This document shows positions 54,836-62,814 of a stretch of DNA of 63,547 nucleotides, piece by piece. A program made the position numbers and the translations under genes. Within the stretch, counting starts at the first letter, position 1; every line of letters begins with the position of its first letter. The notes below the pieces were generated by a model. It searched no databases, was not told the origin of the DNA, and saw only the letters and a list, made by a program, of their open reading frames with translations. The DNA comes from Vicinamibacterales bacterium (GTDB lineage Bacteria; Acidobacteriota; Vicinamibacteria; Vicinamibacterales; 2-12-FULL-66-21). The stretch spans positions 1 to 63,547 of the forward strand of contig JBPYFA010000293.1 of assembly GCA_051986585.1 (NCBI GenBank), in the 5' to 3' direction.

Positions 54836-55153
54836 ATGCGCAAAGCGTTTCGAATGTCGGTTCACCCCGGTGAGGAGGCGGAGTACATCCGCCGGCATCA
54901 GCCAATCTGGCAGGAGCTCGAGCGGACGCTTCTCGAGCATGGCGTGCACACCTACTCAATCTTTCTAGATCGCGGTACGAACCATCTGTTCGGGTACGTC
55001 GAGTTCGAAAGCGAGGCGCAGTGGAACGCGATCGCTGCGACGGATGTGTGCCAGCGCTGGTGGTCGCACATGCGCGACGTGATGCCGACCAATCCTGATC
55101 ACAGCCCGGTCAGCGTCGCGCTCGAAGAGGTATTTCATATCGAACATCCGTGA
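54836..55153 (+). CDS. rhaM: L-rhamnose mutarotase
   Basis: [45 protein letters not shown]...[26 protein letters not shown] is the RhaM/YiiL pattern. Confidence 0.9.
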   Translation: MRKAFRMSVHPGEEAEYIRRHQPIWQELERTLLEHGVHTYSIFLDRGTNHLFGYVEFESEAQWNAIAATDVCQRWWSHMRDVMPTNPDHSPVSVALEEVFHIEHP

Positions 55154-55168
55154 CTTGTCGAAAGAGAC

Positions 55169-55227
55169 AACAGGAGAAAGGAGAACGGAGAACATACTAT
55201 TTATTCTCCTTTCTCTTTTCTCCTGTT
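55169..55227. terminator. 24-bp imperfect polypurine/polypyrimidine hairpin built from 7-nt units, after rhaM
   Basis: AACAGGAGAAAGGAGAACGGAGAA (55169-55192) pairs with TTCTCCTTTCTCTTTTCTCCTGTT (55204-55227), with 22 of 24 positions complementary. The arm contains GAGAAAG GAGAACG GAGAACA. Confidence 0.6.
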
Positions 55228-55249
55228 AATCTCGTGGCTTGATCGCAGC

Positions 55250-56002
55250 GTGACAGTGAATGCCGTTGAATTGAGAACTGGGCTGGAAGCTGGGAGCTGG
55301 AAGCTGGCAGCTGTCAAGATCGAAGTCATCGTCCAAACGGTCGCCGACGCGCGCGCTGCGACCGACGGGGGAGCCGACCGTCTCGAGGTCGTCCGTTCGA
55401 TGCGCGATGGCGGGCTGACGCCATCGTTCGCTGTGGTCGAGGAGATCAAGCGCGCGACTTCGTTGCCACTGCGGGTGATGGTTCGCGAAAACGCCGGGTT
55501 CGAGACCTCTAACGCGGAGATCGAAATCATGAGGGCGGCGGCGTGGAGCTTCACGAAGCTTGGCGTCGACGGGCTGGTGGTCGGCTTTGCGAAATCGGGG
55601 GAACTCTCGCTCGCCGAATTCGGGAACGTCATCGAAGCGGCTCCCGGCCTACCCATCACGTTCCATCGCGCGTTCGACTCGCTCAGCGATCCACTCGGCG
55701 CAATTGACCGGTTGTCCGCCAATCCACGGATCGATGGCATTCTGACGAGCGGCGGTGAAGGAACAGCCGCGGAGCGGTGCGCGCGACTTCGTGACTACGT
55801 CTCGCGCGCACGTTCGCGACTGACGATCATCGCGGGCGGCGGCGTCGACCAGGAAAGCTTTCGGTTGTTGGTTGAGGATGGCGCCGTCGAGTGGATCCAT
55901 GTCGGCCGCGCCGCACGCGACGGCGTCGACGCCGAGGGCCCCGTCTCCGCCATCAGCGTGCGGCGGCTGCGGAACCGTGCGAGGGACCTTGGCTCTTGTT
56001 AG
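55250..56002 (+). CDS. cutC: copper homeostasis protein CutC
   Basis: KIEVIVQTVADARAATDGGADRLEVV...GLTPS...ITFHRAFD is the CutC TIM-barrel pattern. The start is unresolved: GTG 55250/55256, TTG 55271 or CTG 55304. The first ~20 codons of the track ORF run through a heptamer repeat. Confidence 0.8.
   Translation: MTVNAVELRTGLEAGSWKLAAVKIEVIVQTVADARAATDGGADRLEVVRSMRDGGLTPSFAVVEEIKRATSLPLRVMVRENAGFETSNAEIEIMRAAAWSFTKLGVDGLVVGFAKSGELSLAEFGNVIEAAPGLPITFHRAFDSLSDPLGAIDRLSANPRIDGILTSGGEGTAAERCARLRDYVSRARSRLTIIAGGGVDQESFRLLVEDGAVEWIHVGRAARDGVDAEGPVSAISVRRLRNRARDLGSC
55276..55317. repeat. heptanucleotide tandem repeat (CTGGNAG x5)
   Basis: The units are (AACTGGG) CTGGAAG CTGGGAG CTGGAAG CTGGCAG CTGTCAA. 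It lies at the 5' end of cutC. Confidence 0.85.
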
Positions 56003-56020
56003 ACCAAGAGCCAAGGTCCC
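55983..56020. terminator. 16-bp perfect hairpin spanning the cutC stop codon (bidirectional terminator candidate)
   Basis: GGGACCTTGGCTCTTG (55983-55998), loop TTAGAC, CAAGAGCCAAGGTCCC (56005-56020). It lies between the convergent cutC and TonB-dependent receptor genes. Confidence 0.7.
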
Positions 56021-56056
56021 ATTTCAGCATTCAGAATTCAGCGTTCCACTTTTCAG
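56021..56056. repeat. heptanucleotide repeat (NNTTCAG x5)
   Basis: The units are ATTTCAG CATTCAG AATTCAG CGTTCCA CTTTTCAG. It abuts and overlaps the receptor stop codon (56053-56055). Confidence 0.85.
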
Positions 56057-59000
56057 AATCGTACCTTCACGCCGAGCTGGACCTGCCGCTCAGTCGTTCC
56101 GCACAGCGAACAAGACGGACTCGAGAGCATCGCCGTAATCGTGCCGCCGGCGGCGTTGTCGAACGTCGTGTTTGGATTGGCGAACTGCGGATGATTCAGG
56201 ACGTTGAACGCCTCCAGCCGGAACTCCGTCGCCAGCCTTCCGATCCTCGTGTTCTTAACCAGCGACGCGTCGATATTGAACGATCCGGGGCCGCGGATGA
56301 TGCCGCGCCCGGCGTCACCATAGGTTCCGGTGATGTCGGGCGTGCGCACGAAGCACGACGTGTCGAACCATTTGTCGATCGTCGGGTTTGAGAGGGTGCC
56401 GTCGCAGAGACGATTGGGCCGATTCCCGGTTCCTGTTGACTGCACGTTTTGCGTCTGGCTGATGGTCAGCGGTAGACCGCCGCGGAGGTACAGAATCCCG
56501 CTCAGCTGCCAGCCACCGTATAGCTTTTCCCTCGCCCACGGGAACTCGTATACCCAGCTCGACGAGAAGGTATGCCTCACGTCGTAATCAGATGGCCCCC
56601 AGTTGTATTGCAGGTCGTATGCGTTGGTGATACCCGACTCGTTATCCGACGCGTAGTCCATCGACTTGCCGAGCGTGTACGAGTTCAGGAACGAGAAGTT
56701 GTTTGCGAAGCGGCGTTGGAACTTCAGCAGCATCCCGTTGTAGTCAACTTTCCCGATGCTCTGTGCCTGGCTGACCGATCGGAGCAGCGGGTCAACCTTG
56801 ATGAACGGACGGTTGACATTCGCGTCGCTGACGCCGACGACCGGAGGCGCCTGGTTGACATCGACCTTGAGCACCATCTGCCTGCCCTGGGATCCAACAT
56901 AGGCGGCCTCCACCATGTAATTGGTGCCAAGGCCCCGCTGCACGTTGATATTCCATTGCCGGGCGTAGGCGTCCCGGAAGTTGACGTCGAAAGCTGATCG
57001 CGTGTTGCCGGCGGGGCTGGCGTTGGGGTTGACGCCCGTCGGCGTATCTAAGCCGGTTTTCATCAGTAGATCGGTGCCGTAGCTGCTCGGGTTGGGTGTG
57101 AGCGCTGTGGATTGCAGGAACGGCTGATTCTGCGCCTTTGACGACGAGGTGCCGCCGGGCGAGAAGTTCCAGAACACGCCGAAGCCTCCGCGGATGAGGG
57201 TCTTGCCCGTCCCATTCAGGTCGTAGGCAAAGCCGAAGCGAGGGCCGACGTTACCTTTCGAGTAGGTCTGCAAGTACCGGCCGACATGGATTCCACCTAT
57301 CTGCGCATTGTCGCTGGCGATCACGAATGCGCCGTTCGTCACGTCGAAATTCGATTGCCGGTCATCGACTTCGGTCCAGGGGGGATAGACGTCCCACCGC
57401 AGGCCGAGATTGACGGTCAGCCTGCTCGTCGTGCGCCAGTCGTCCTGCAGGTAGAGGGCGAACTCGGGACGTTTCTCCGTGTAGGTCAGGACCTCTCCGG
57501 ATTCGGTGATGCCGGAGAGATTGCGAATCTTCTGCGAGGTGAGGCCAAGGAGGAAACTGGCCACGTCAAAGCCGGTCGAGCTGTTGACAGTGCATCCGGC
57601 AGGTTGCCCGGCACAGTTCGACGTCTGGTTGTTGTTGAACTGGAACTGCCCGACGATGTTGTCGGCGTTCAGGACTTCGCGCGAGCGCAGGGTGAGGCTG
57701 CCACCGGCTTTCATGGTGTGCTTGCCGGCCGTCCTGGTCACGTTGTCGAACAGCTGATAGTCGTTCTGGTTGGTGATGAGCGGCTGATTGCTGTTGGCAC
57801 CGAGATTTCTGATGTTCTGGAAGGTGAGCTGCGTCATCGCCGAGGTGACCGGACTGAAATTGATGCCCGGGATTCCGACGGCCGCAGCCGGATTGGTGCC
57901 GTAATCGATCGATGTCATGTTGAATTTGATCGACGACCAGCCGAACCGAAACTCGTTGAGCAAGTTGGTGCTCAAGGTCTGTGTGTCGTTGATCGCCATG
58001 CTCTGCGCCTTGATGTTGCCGTCGCCGGCGCCGAACGTGGCACCGGCATCGCCGTGCGGCAAGGTTGCGGGCTGCAAACGGTGCGTCTTTTCAAAGCTGT
58101 AGCGGACGAAGAAGCGGTTGGTCGATGTCAGGTTGTGATCGACCTTCACGTCGAACTGGTTGTCCTGCCGCTCCTTGACGGGATTGATCAGGTAATTACT
58201 GATCGTTTGCCCGTTTGACGCCTGACGCGTGCCGGCCGTGTTCGGCTCCGGATAAAGCTGCGACAGGATGTTCTTGGCCACCGCGTCAATCCGATCCGCC
58301 GGAATGATGTTGCCGGGGAAGGGCTGGCCGGTCAGGGGATCATAGATGACGCGGGTCAACTCGCTGAAGTTGCCGCCGCGCATCGCAACCGACGGGACGG
58401 TCGACAGGAATGTCTGCCCCTGCCGCTCTCGATGGCCTTGGTAATCGCCGAAGAAGAACGTCTTGTCTTTGAAAATTGCGCCGCCCAGCGTGCCGCCGAA
58501 CTGGTTCTGCGAGAAGTCTGGCTTATCACGATGGGCGCGGTTGTTGAAGAAGTTATTGGCATCGAACGCGTCGTTCCGCATGAACTCGAATGCGCTGCCG
58601 CGCAGACTGTTGGTACCCGACTTGATTTGCAGGTTGACCACACCGCCAAGTGACCGGCCGAATTCGGCGGAATAGGTCGAGGTCTGCAGCTTGAACTCGT
58701 CAAGCGCGTCGACGCTCGGGAAAATCACGACCGTCTGCAGCCAGGTTTCGTTGTTATCGACGCCGTCGAGCATGAAATTGTTGTCGCGGGCGCGCTGGCC
58801 GTTGGCGGAGAACGACGCCGACGCGCGCCACGCAAGACTGCCCGCCCCGTCGATATTCGCGCCAGGAATTCCGCGGAGCACGCCTGGGAGCGTTCGCGTC
58901 AGGTTCACGAAGTTGCGGCCGTTAAGCGGCAGCGCTTCAATCTGTGCCGCCTGAACGGTCGTGCCCAGCTCAGAAGAGCTCGTTTGCAGCAGCGGGCTCG

Positions 59001-59394
59001 TCGCCTCGACGCTGACCGACTCCGTCATGGCGCCGACTTCCAGCTTCAGATCGACGCGGGCGCGCTGGTCGACGCCGAGTTCGAGGTTCGAGACGGTCAC
59101 GGTCTTGAACCCGGTGAGCTCCGCCATGACGGTGTAGTGGCCGGTTGGCAGCTGCGGCGCGGTGAACTCGCCATTCGAATCGGACTGCACGGTTTTCGTC
59201 AGACCGGTGCCTTCGTTGACGATGGTGACTTTGGCGTTGGGGATCACGGAACCGGACGTATCGGTCACCGTGCCGAGAATGGTCCCGCTGACCGTCTGAG
59301 CGACCGCCGTGAGCGGTACACAGACGGATGCGAACGCGAGTACGAGGAGAGTCCGTCGAAGCCTCCCGGGACACGAAATCACGCGCCTCATCAT
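56053..59394 (-). CDS. TonB-dependent receptor with N-terminal carboxypeptidase-regulatory-like domain
   Basis: A signal peptide is followed by QTVSGTILGTVTDTSGSVIPNAKVTIVNEGTGLTKTVQSDSNGEFTAPQLPTGHYTV. A plug block (LNGRNFVNL), a large beta-barrel and a terminal ...QLGVKVRF complete the protein. Confidence 0.9.
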   Translation of the reverse strand: MMRRVISCPGRLRRTLLVLAFASVCVPLTAVAQTVSGTILGTVTDTSGSVIPNAKVTIVNEGTGLTKTVQSDSNGEFTAPQLPTGHYTVMAELTGFKTVTVSNLELGVDQRARVDLKLEVGAMTESVSVEATSPLLQTSSSELGTTVQAAQIEALPLNGRNFVNLTRTLPGVLRGIPGANIDGAGSLAWRASASFSANGQRARDNNFMLDGVDNNETWLQTVVIFPSVDALDEFKLQTSTYSAEFGRSLGGVVNLQIKSGTNSLRGSAFEFMRNDAFDANNFFNNRAHRDKPDFSQNQFGGTLGGAIFKDKTFFFGDYQGHRERQGQTFLSTVPSVAMRGGNFSELTRVIYDPLTGQPFPGNIIPADRIDAVAKNILSQLYPEPNTAGTRQASNGQTISNYLINPVKERQDNQFDVKVDHNLTSTNRFFVRYSFEKTHRLQPATLPHGDAGATFGAGDGNIKAQSMAINDTQTLSTNLLNEFRFGWSSIKFNMTSIDYGTNPAAAVGIPGINFSPVTSAMTQLTFQNIRNLGANSNQPLITNQNDYQLFDNVTRTAGKHTMKAGGSLTLRSREVLNADNIVGQFQFNNNQTSNCAGQPAGCTVNSSTGFDVASFLLGLTSQKIRNLSGITESGEVLTYTEKRPEFALYLQDDWRTTSRLTVNLGLRWDVYPPWTEVDDRQSNFDVTNGAFVIASDNAQIGGIHVGRYLQTYSKGNVGPRFGFAYDLNGTGKTLIRGGFGVFWNFSPGGTSSSKAQNQPFLQSTALTPNPSSYGTDLLMKTGLDTPTGVNPNASPAGNTRSAFDVNFRDAYARQWNINVQRGLGTNYMVEAAYVGSQGRQMVLKVDVNQAPPVVGVSDANVNRPFIKVDPLLRSVSQAQSIGKVDYNGMLLKFQRRFANNFSFLNSYTLGKSMDYASDNESGITNAYDLQYNWGPSDYDVRHTFSSSWVYEFPWAREKLYGGWQLSGILYLRGGLPLTISQTQNVQSTGTGNRPNRLCDGTLSNPTIDKWFDTSCFVRTPDITGTYGDAGRGIIRGPGSFNIDASLVKNTRIGRLATEFRLEAFNVLNHPQFANPNTTFDNAAGGTITAMLSSPSCSLCGTTERQVQLGVKVRF

Positions 59395-59661
59395 GTGTTG
59401 TCCTCCACGGACGAAACGACGATTGACCCCGCCGGCGCGCCCGGCGGGGCGGTCATAGTGGTCTGACCACTGTGATTTTGACCGCCATTCATATCACATC
59501 CCTTTGCCCGGCGGCAGTACGTAAACCGATACCGGGGTCTGACCCCGCGTACTTGCGGTTAGACCTGTCTTGCTGACTCCCGTCCGCCAGGTCGCATCTC
59601 GGAGCCGGGCAGCCGGTCGATGTGGTCGGGCCGTGGTAGCATCCGCCTGCCAGGTGTCGCT

Positions 59662-61425
59662 ATGCAATACAGCCCCCCAGCTTCGAACCGGTTCCGCGCA
59701 GTCGTCCTGATGCTTGTGTTGCCCATCGCGGTGACTACGGCGCGCGACGATGCACAGGCGCCGTCCGGGCGCAACTTTTCGACCATTGGTGGCAATCTCG
59801 CCAACCACCGTTACTCATCGCTGACGAAAATCACGAAATCCAACGTCTCCAAGCTCGGGGGCGCATGGTCCATTCACCTCGAAGACGGGAAGACGCCTGG
59901 GACCATGCAGGCGACGCCGGTTGTCGTCGACGGGGTGATGTTCGTGGCATCCGGGGCGGGCAACATCTTCGCGCTCGATGCCGCCACCGGCGCCGTCAAG
60001 TGGAAGCATGAAACGACGCTCGGAGGCACCTATCGCGGTGTGGCGGTTGGCGACGGCAAGGTGTTCTCGGGCCGGCGGGACAACACGCTCATCGCGCTCG
60101 ATCAAAAAACGGGTGAACTGTTGTGGAAGACGCAGCTGGCCGATCCCGCTCGAGGCAGTACCAGTGCCCCGGCGATCTATTACAACGGCCTCGTCTACAT
60201 TGGGGTAGGTGGTGGCGAGGGAGGCGTGCGCGGCCAGTTTGGCGCCTACGACGCGAAGACAGGAAAGGAAGTGTGGAAGTTCTGGACGCTACCCGGTCCG
60301 GGTGAGCGCGGTCACGAGACCTGGGAAGGCGACTCGTGGAAGTACGGTGGCGGTCCCGTGTGGACGCATCCCGCGATCGATCCCGAGCTCGGGATGGTGT
60401 ACGTGCCGATTGGCAACGCCAGTCCCGATAACGACGGCACGGCGCGCGCGGGCGATAACCTGTTCACCGTATCGGTCGTCGCGCTTGATCTCAAAACTGG
60501 CGCGTATAAATGGCATTTCCAGGAAGTGCATCACGACATCTGGGACTACGACAGCGCGGCCGCGCCAATCCTCGCCGATGTGCGCTACCGCGGATCGTTG
60601 CGCAAGATCCTGATGCACACCAGCAAGACCGGTTTCATGTATGTGCTCGATCGGACCAACGGTAAGCCGTTGATTGGGATCGAGGAACGGCCTGTGCCGC
60701 AAGAGCCGCGGATGAAGACCGCCGCAACGCAGCCATTTCCGGCAGGTGATTCGTTCGTGCCGACCTGTCCTGAACCGGGCAGCGTTCCTGAGGGCATGAA
60801 GAGCGGCTGCATCTTCAGCGGCTACTGGACTGACCCCGTCGTGATGTCGCCGGGAACGCTCGGGGGCATCTCGTGGGCGCCGATGACGTTCAGCCCCGAC
60901 ACGCATCTGATTTACATACCGGGCACGATTATCAACTCGGGCTACACCCTTCGGCGTCAGCAGTGGGATGAAGAGACGCAGCGGTTCAAACCGCTCGACG
61001 AAGGTGTCGGGTTCTTCCGCCCGCCCGGTGTGCCACGGTCCGGGACGTTGACTGCAATGGATCCAACCACCAACAAGATCGTGTGGCAGAAGCGGATGAA
61101 GTTCCCGCTTGGAACGGGCAGCGGGCTGCTGAGTACGGCTGCGGGTCTTCTCTTCCACGGTGAGTCGGACGGCAACGTTGTCGCCTATGACATCTCGAAC
61201 GGTGAGCCGCTGTGGCGCTTTCAGACCGGAACTGGTGCCGATGCCCCAATCGCCACCTACGAAGTGAATGGCGAGCAGTACCTGGCGCTGCTTGCGGGCG
61301 GCAGCTCGTTTCAGCTGTCGAAGCGAGGTGACAGCCTCTGGGCGTTCAAACTTGGTGGCACGGTTCCGCAGGAGCCCGCGCCTCCCGAGCCGCCGCTGTT
61401 ACAGCCGGCTCCCCAGCGTCGATAG
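59662..61425 (+). CDS. PQQ-dependent dehydrogenase (8-bladed quinoprotein beta-propeller)
   Basis: ATG 59662 gives a signal peptide. Blocks NHRYSSLTKITKSNVSKL, QATPVVVDGVMFVASGAGNIFALDAATGAVKWK, the W-motif repeats and DLKTGAYKWHFQEVHHDIWDYD are present. Confidence 0.85.
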   Translation: MQYSPPASNRFRAVVLMLVLPIAVTTARDDAQAPSGRNFSTIGGNLANHRYSSLTKITKSNVSKLGGAWSIHLEDGKTPGTMQATPVVVDGVMFVASGAGNIFALDAATGAVKWKHETTLGGTYRGVAVGDGKVFSGRRDNTLIALDQKTGELLWKTQLADPARGSTSAPAIYYNGLVYIGVGGGEGGVRGQFGAYDAKTGKEVWKFWTLPGPGERGHETWEGDSWKYGGGPVWTHPAIDPELGMVYVPIGNASPDNDGTARAGDNLFTVSVVALDLKTGAYKWHFQEVHHDIWDYDSAAAPILADVRYRGSLRKILMHTSKTGFMYVLDRTNGKPLIGIEERPVPQEPRMKTAATQPFPAGDSFVPTCPEPGSVPEGMKSGCIFSGYWTDPVVMSPGTLGGISWAPMTFSPDTHLIYIPGTIINSGYTLRRQQWDEETQRFKPLDEGVGFFRPPGVPRSGTLTAMDPTTNKIVWQKRMKFPLGTGSGLLSTAAGLLFHGESDGNVVAYDISNGEPLWRFQTGTGADAPIATYEVNGEQYLALLAGGSSFQLSKRGDSLWAFKLGGTVPQEPAPPEPPLLQPAPQRR

Positions 61426-61436
61426 TGCGGCGTTGA

Positions 61437-61658
61437 CTTCCGCCTAAAGGCGGAAGCCACAGGTTGTGATTGTCTGGTGGTTCCCACTGTCTTGTGGCTT
61501 CCGCCATTAGAGGGTGGTGCCCTCTCTTTGTGGCTTCCGCCATTGAGAGGGTGGTGCCCTCTCTTTGTGGCTTCCGCCTTCGAGGCGGAAGATCAGGGTT
61601 CCCACTGTCTTGTGGCTTCCGCCTTTAGGCGGAAGATCAGTATGCGGAAGATCAGGGT
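61437..61658. repeat. cluster of REP-like hairpin elements (BIME-like array)
   Basis: An inverted copy, CTTCCGCCTAAAGGCGGAAGCCACAG, lies at 61437-61462. Four direct copies of TTGTGGCTTCCGCC start at 61492, 61528, 61565 and 61610. Two near-identical ~36-bp units carry the hairpin AGAGGGTGGTGCCCTCT. Complete hairpins are CTTCCGCC-TTCGA-GGCGGAAG and CTTCCGCC-TTTA-GGCGGAAG. GGAAGATCAGGGTT is repeated. Confidence 0.9.
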
Positions 61659-61668
61659 TGGAGACGAT

Positions 61669-62604
61669 ATGAAACCAATGATCACTGCCTCGCTTGTTCT
61701 CGCGGCGTTCACCGCGGCAGCTGCGGTATCCCCGCAGAACGCAGGGCAGCAGCAAGCAGCGCGGCCGGCGCCTCCACCTGCATCGCCGCAGGAAATTCTG
61801 TTATGGGAGCACGGCGCGCCCGGCGCACTCGGCCAGGCCGACACCGACACGCCAACCATCACCGCCTATCGCGCACCGCGCGGCAGCACCGGCACGGCCA
61901 TCATCGTCGCACCGGGCGGCGGCTACGGCGCCCTCGCGATCGAGCATGAAGGACGTCAGTGGGCGTACTGGTACAACGCCATGGGCGTCACCGCCTTCGT
62001 GCTGAAGTATCGCCTTGGCCCGCGCTATCACCATCCCATCGAACTCGGCGACGCGCAGCGGGCTATACGCACCGTGCGCGCCCGGGCAGCGGAGTTCGCC
62101 ATCGTGCCGGATCGAATCGGCATGATGGGATTTTCCGCCGGCGGACACCTGGCGTCGACCGCGGCCACACACTTCGATGCCGGCAGGCACGATTCTGCAG
62201 ATCCGATCGAGCGCGTCAGCAGCCGGCCAGACTTTCTGATCCTCGGCTATCCCGTGATCTCTTTCGATCCGGCGATCACACACGCCGGCTCGTTGAAGAA
62301 TCTCCTCGGCGACAACCCGGATCCGAAGCTGGTTGAGAACCTCTCGAACGATCTGCAAGTCACCGCGCAGACGCCGCCAACATTCATTTTCCACACGACC
62401 AACGACAACGGCGTTCCCGTCGAGAACAGCGTTCGCTTCTATCTCGCGTTGCGGAAAGCCAAGGTGCCGGTCGAGATGCACCTGTTCGAGAATGGACCGC
62501 ATGGTGTCGGCATGGCACTCTCGGATCCCGCGCTGGGCGCGTGGCCAGGCCTGCTGATGAATTGGTTGCGCGCACGAGGACTGCTGACGAAAGCAAATCC
62601 GTAG
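61669..62604 (+). CDS. alpha/beta hydrolase (esterase, exported)
   Basis: ATG 61669 gives the signal peptide MKPMITASLVLAAFTAAAAV. The oxyanion region is IIVAPGGGYG and the nucleophile elbow is GFSAGGH. The 64 N-terminal codons of the track ORF are translated REP repeats. Confidence 0.85.
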   Translation: MKPMITASLVLAAFTAAAAVSPQNAGQQQAARPAPPPASPQEILLWEHGAPGALGQADTDTPTITAYRAPRGSTGTAIIVAPGGGYGALAIEHEGRQWAYWYNAMGVTAFVLKYRLGPRYHHPIELGDAQRAIRTVRARAAEFAIVPDRIGMMGFSAGGHLASTAATHFDAGRHDSADPIERVSSRPDFLILGYPVISFDPAITHAGSLKNLLGDNPDPKLVENLSNDLQVTAQTPPTFIFHTTNDNGVPVENSVRFYLALRKAKVPVEMHLFENGPHGVGMALSDPALGAWPGLLMNWLRARGLLTKANP

Positions 62605-62657
62605 ACTAATCAGCGGCAGCTTTCACTGTCGAACTGAGACGTACTGACGGTGAACGT

Positions 62658-62733
62658 CGAAGATACGAAGGTACGAAGAATCGAAGATCAATAAGTCCTT
62701 TCTTCGGATCTTCGCTTTTTCGGATCTTCGATG
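62658..62733. repeat. inverted blocks of 8-nt units (CGAAGNNN x4 and complement) forming a long imperfect hairpin
   Basis: CGAAGATA CGAAGGTA CGAAGAAT CGAAGATC (62658-62689) is followed by CTTCGGAT CTTCGC..TTCGGAT CTTCGATG (62702-62733). It lies between the convergent hydrolase and asparaginase genes. Confidence 0.8.
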
Positions 62734-62759
62734 TGGTACCAAACCAAAACGAATAACCC

Positions 62760-62800
62760 AAAACCGAAAACCCAAAACCGAAAACCGAAAACCGAAAACG
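62760..62800. repeat. heptanucleotide tandem repeat (AAAACCG x6)
   Basis: The units are AAAACCG AAAACCC AAAACCG AAAACCG AAAACCG AAAACG. It ends 14 nt from the asparaginase stop. Confidence 0.9.
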
Positions 62801-62814
62801 CGCCCCCGTCAACG

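Noticed and set aside
623-58218. Many long alternative-frame or antisense ORFs in the track (e.g. 623..1921+, 5405..6730+, 19297..20460+, 21463..22293-, 25243..26181-, 26976..28100-, 38561..40012-, 50621..51565-, 52355..53275-, 53827..54738-, 57286..58218+, 60289..61158-)
   Set aside because: Each overlaps a gene with clear family motifs on the other strand or frame. Their translations are Arg/Ala/Pro/Gly-rich low-complexity strings, as expected from stop-poor frames in ~66% GC DNA.
59395-59661. Cobalamin (B12) riboswitch upstream of the TonB-dependent receptor
   Set aside because: An ACCACTG string resembles the B12-box core GCCACTG. It lies on the wrong strand for the receptor, and the other conserved riboswitch elements are not evident.
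61437-61658. Possible CRISPR array (regularly spaced repeats of TTGTGGCTTCCGCC)
   Set aside because: The repeats are only 14 nt long and the spacers are 22-31 nt. Two of the spacers are nearly identical to each other and are themselves palindromic. One unit is inverted. There are no cas genes nearby. The pattern fits a REP/BIME-like cluster instead.
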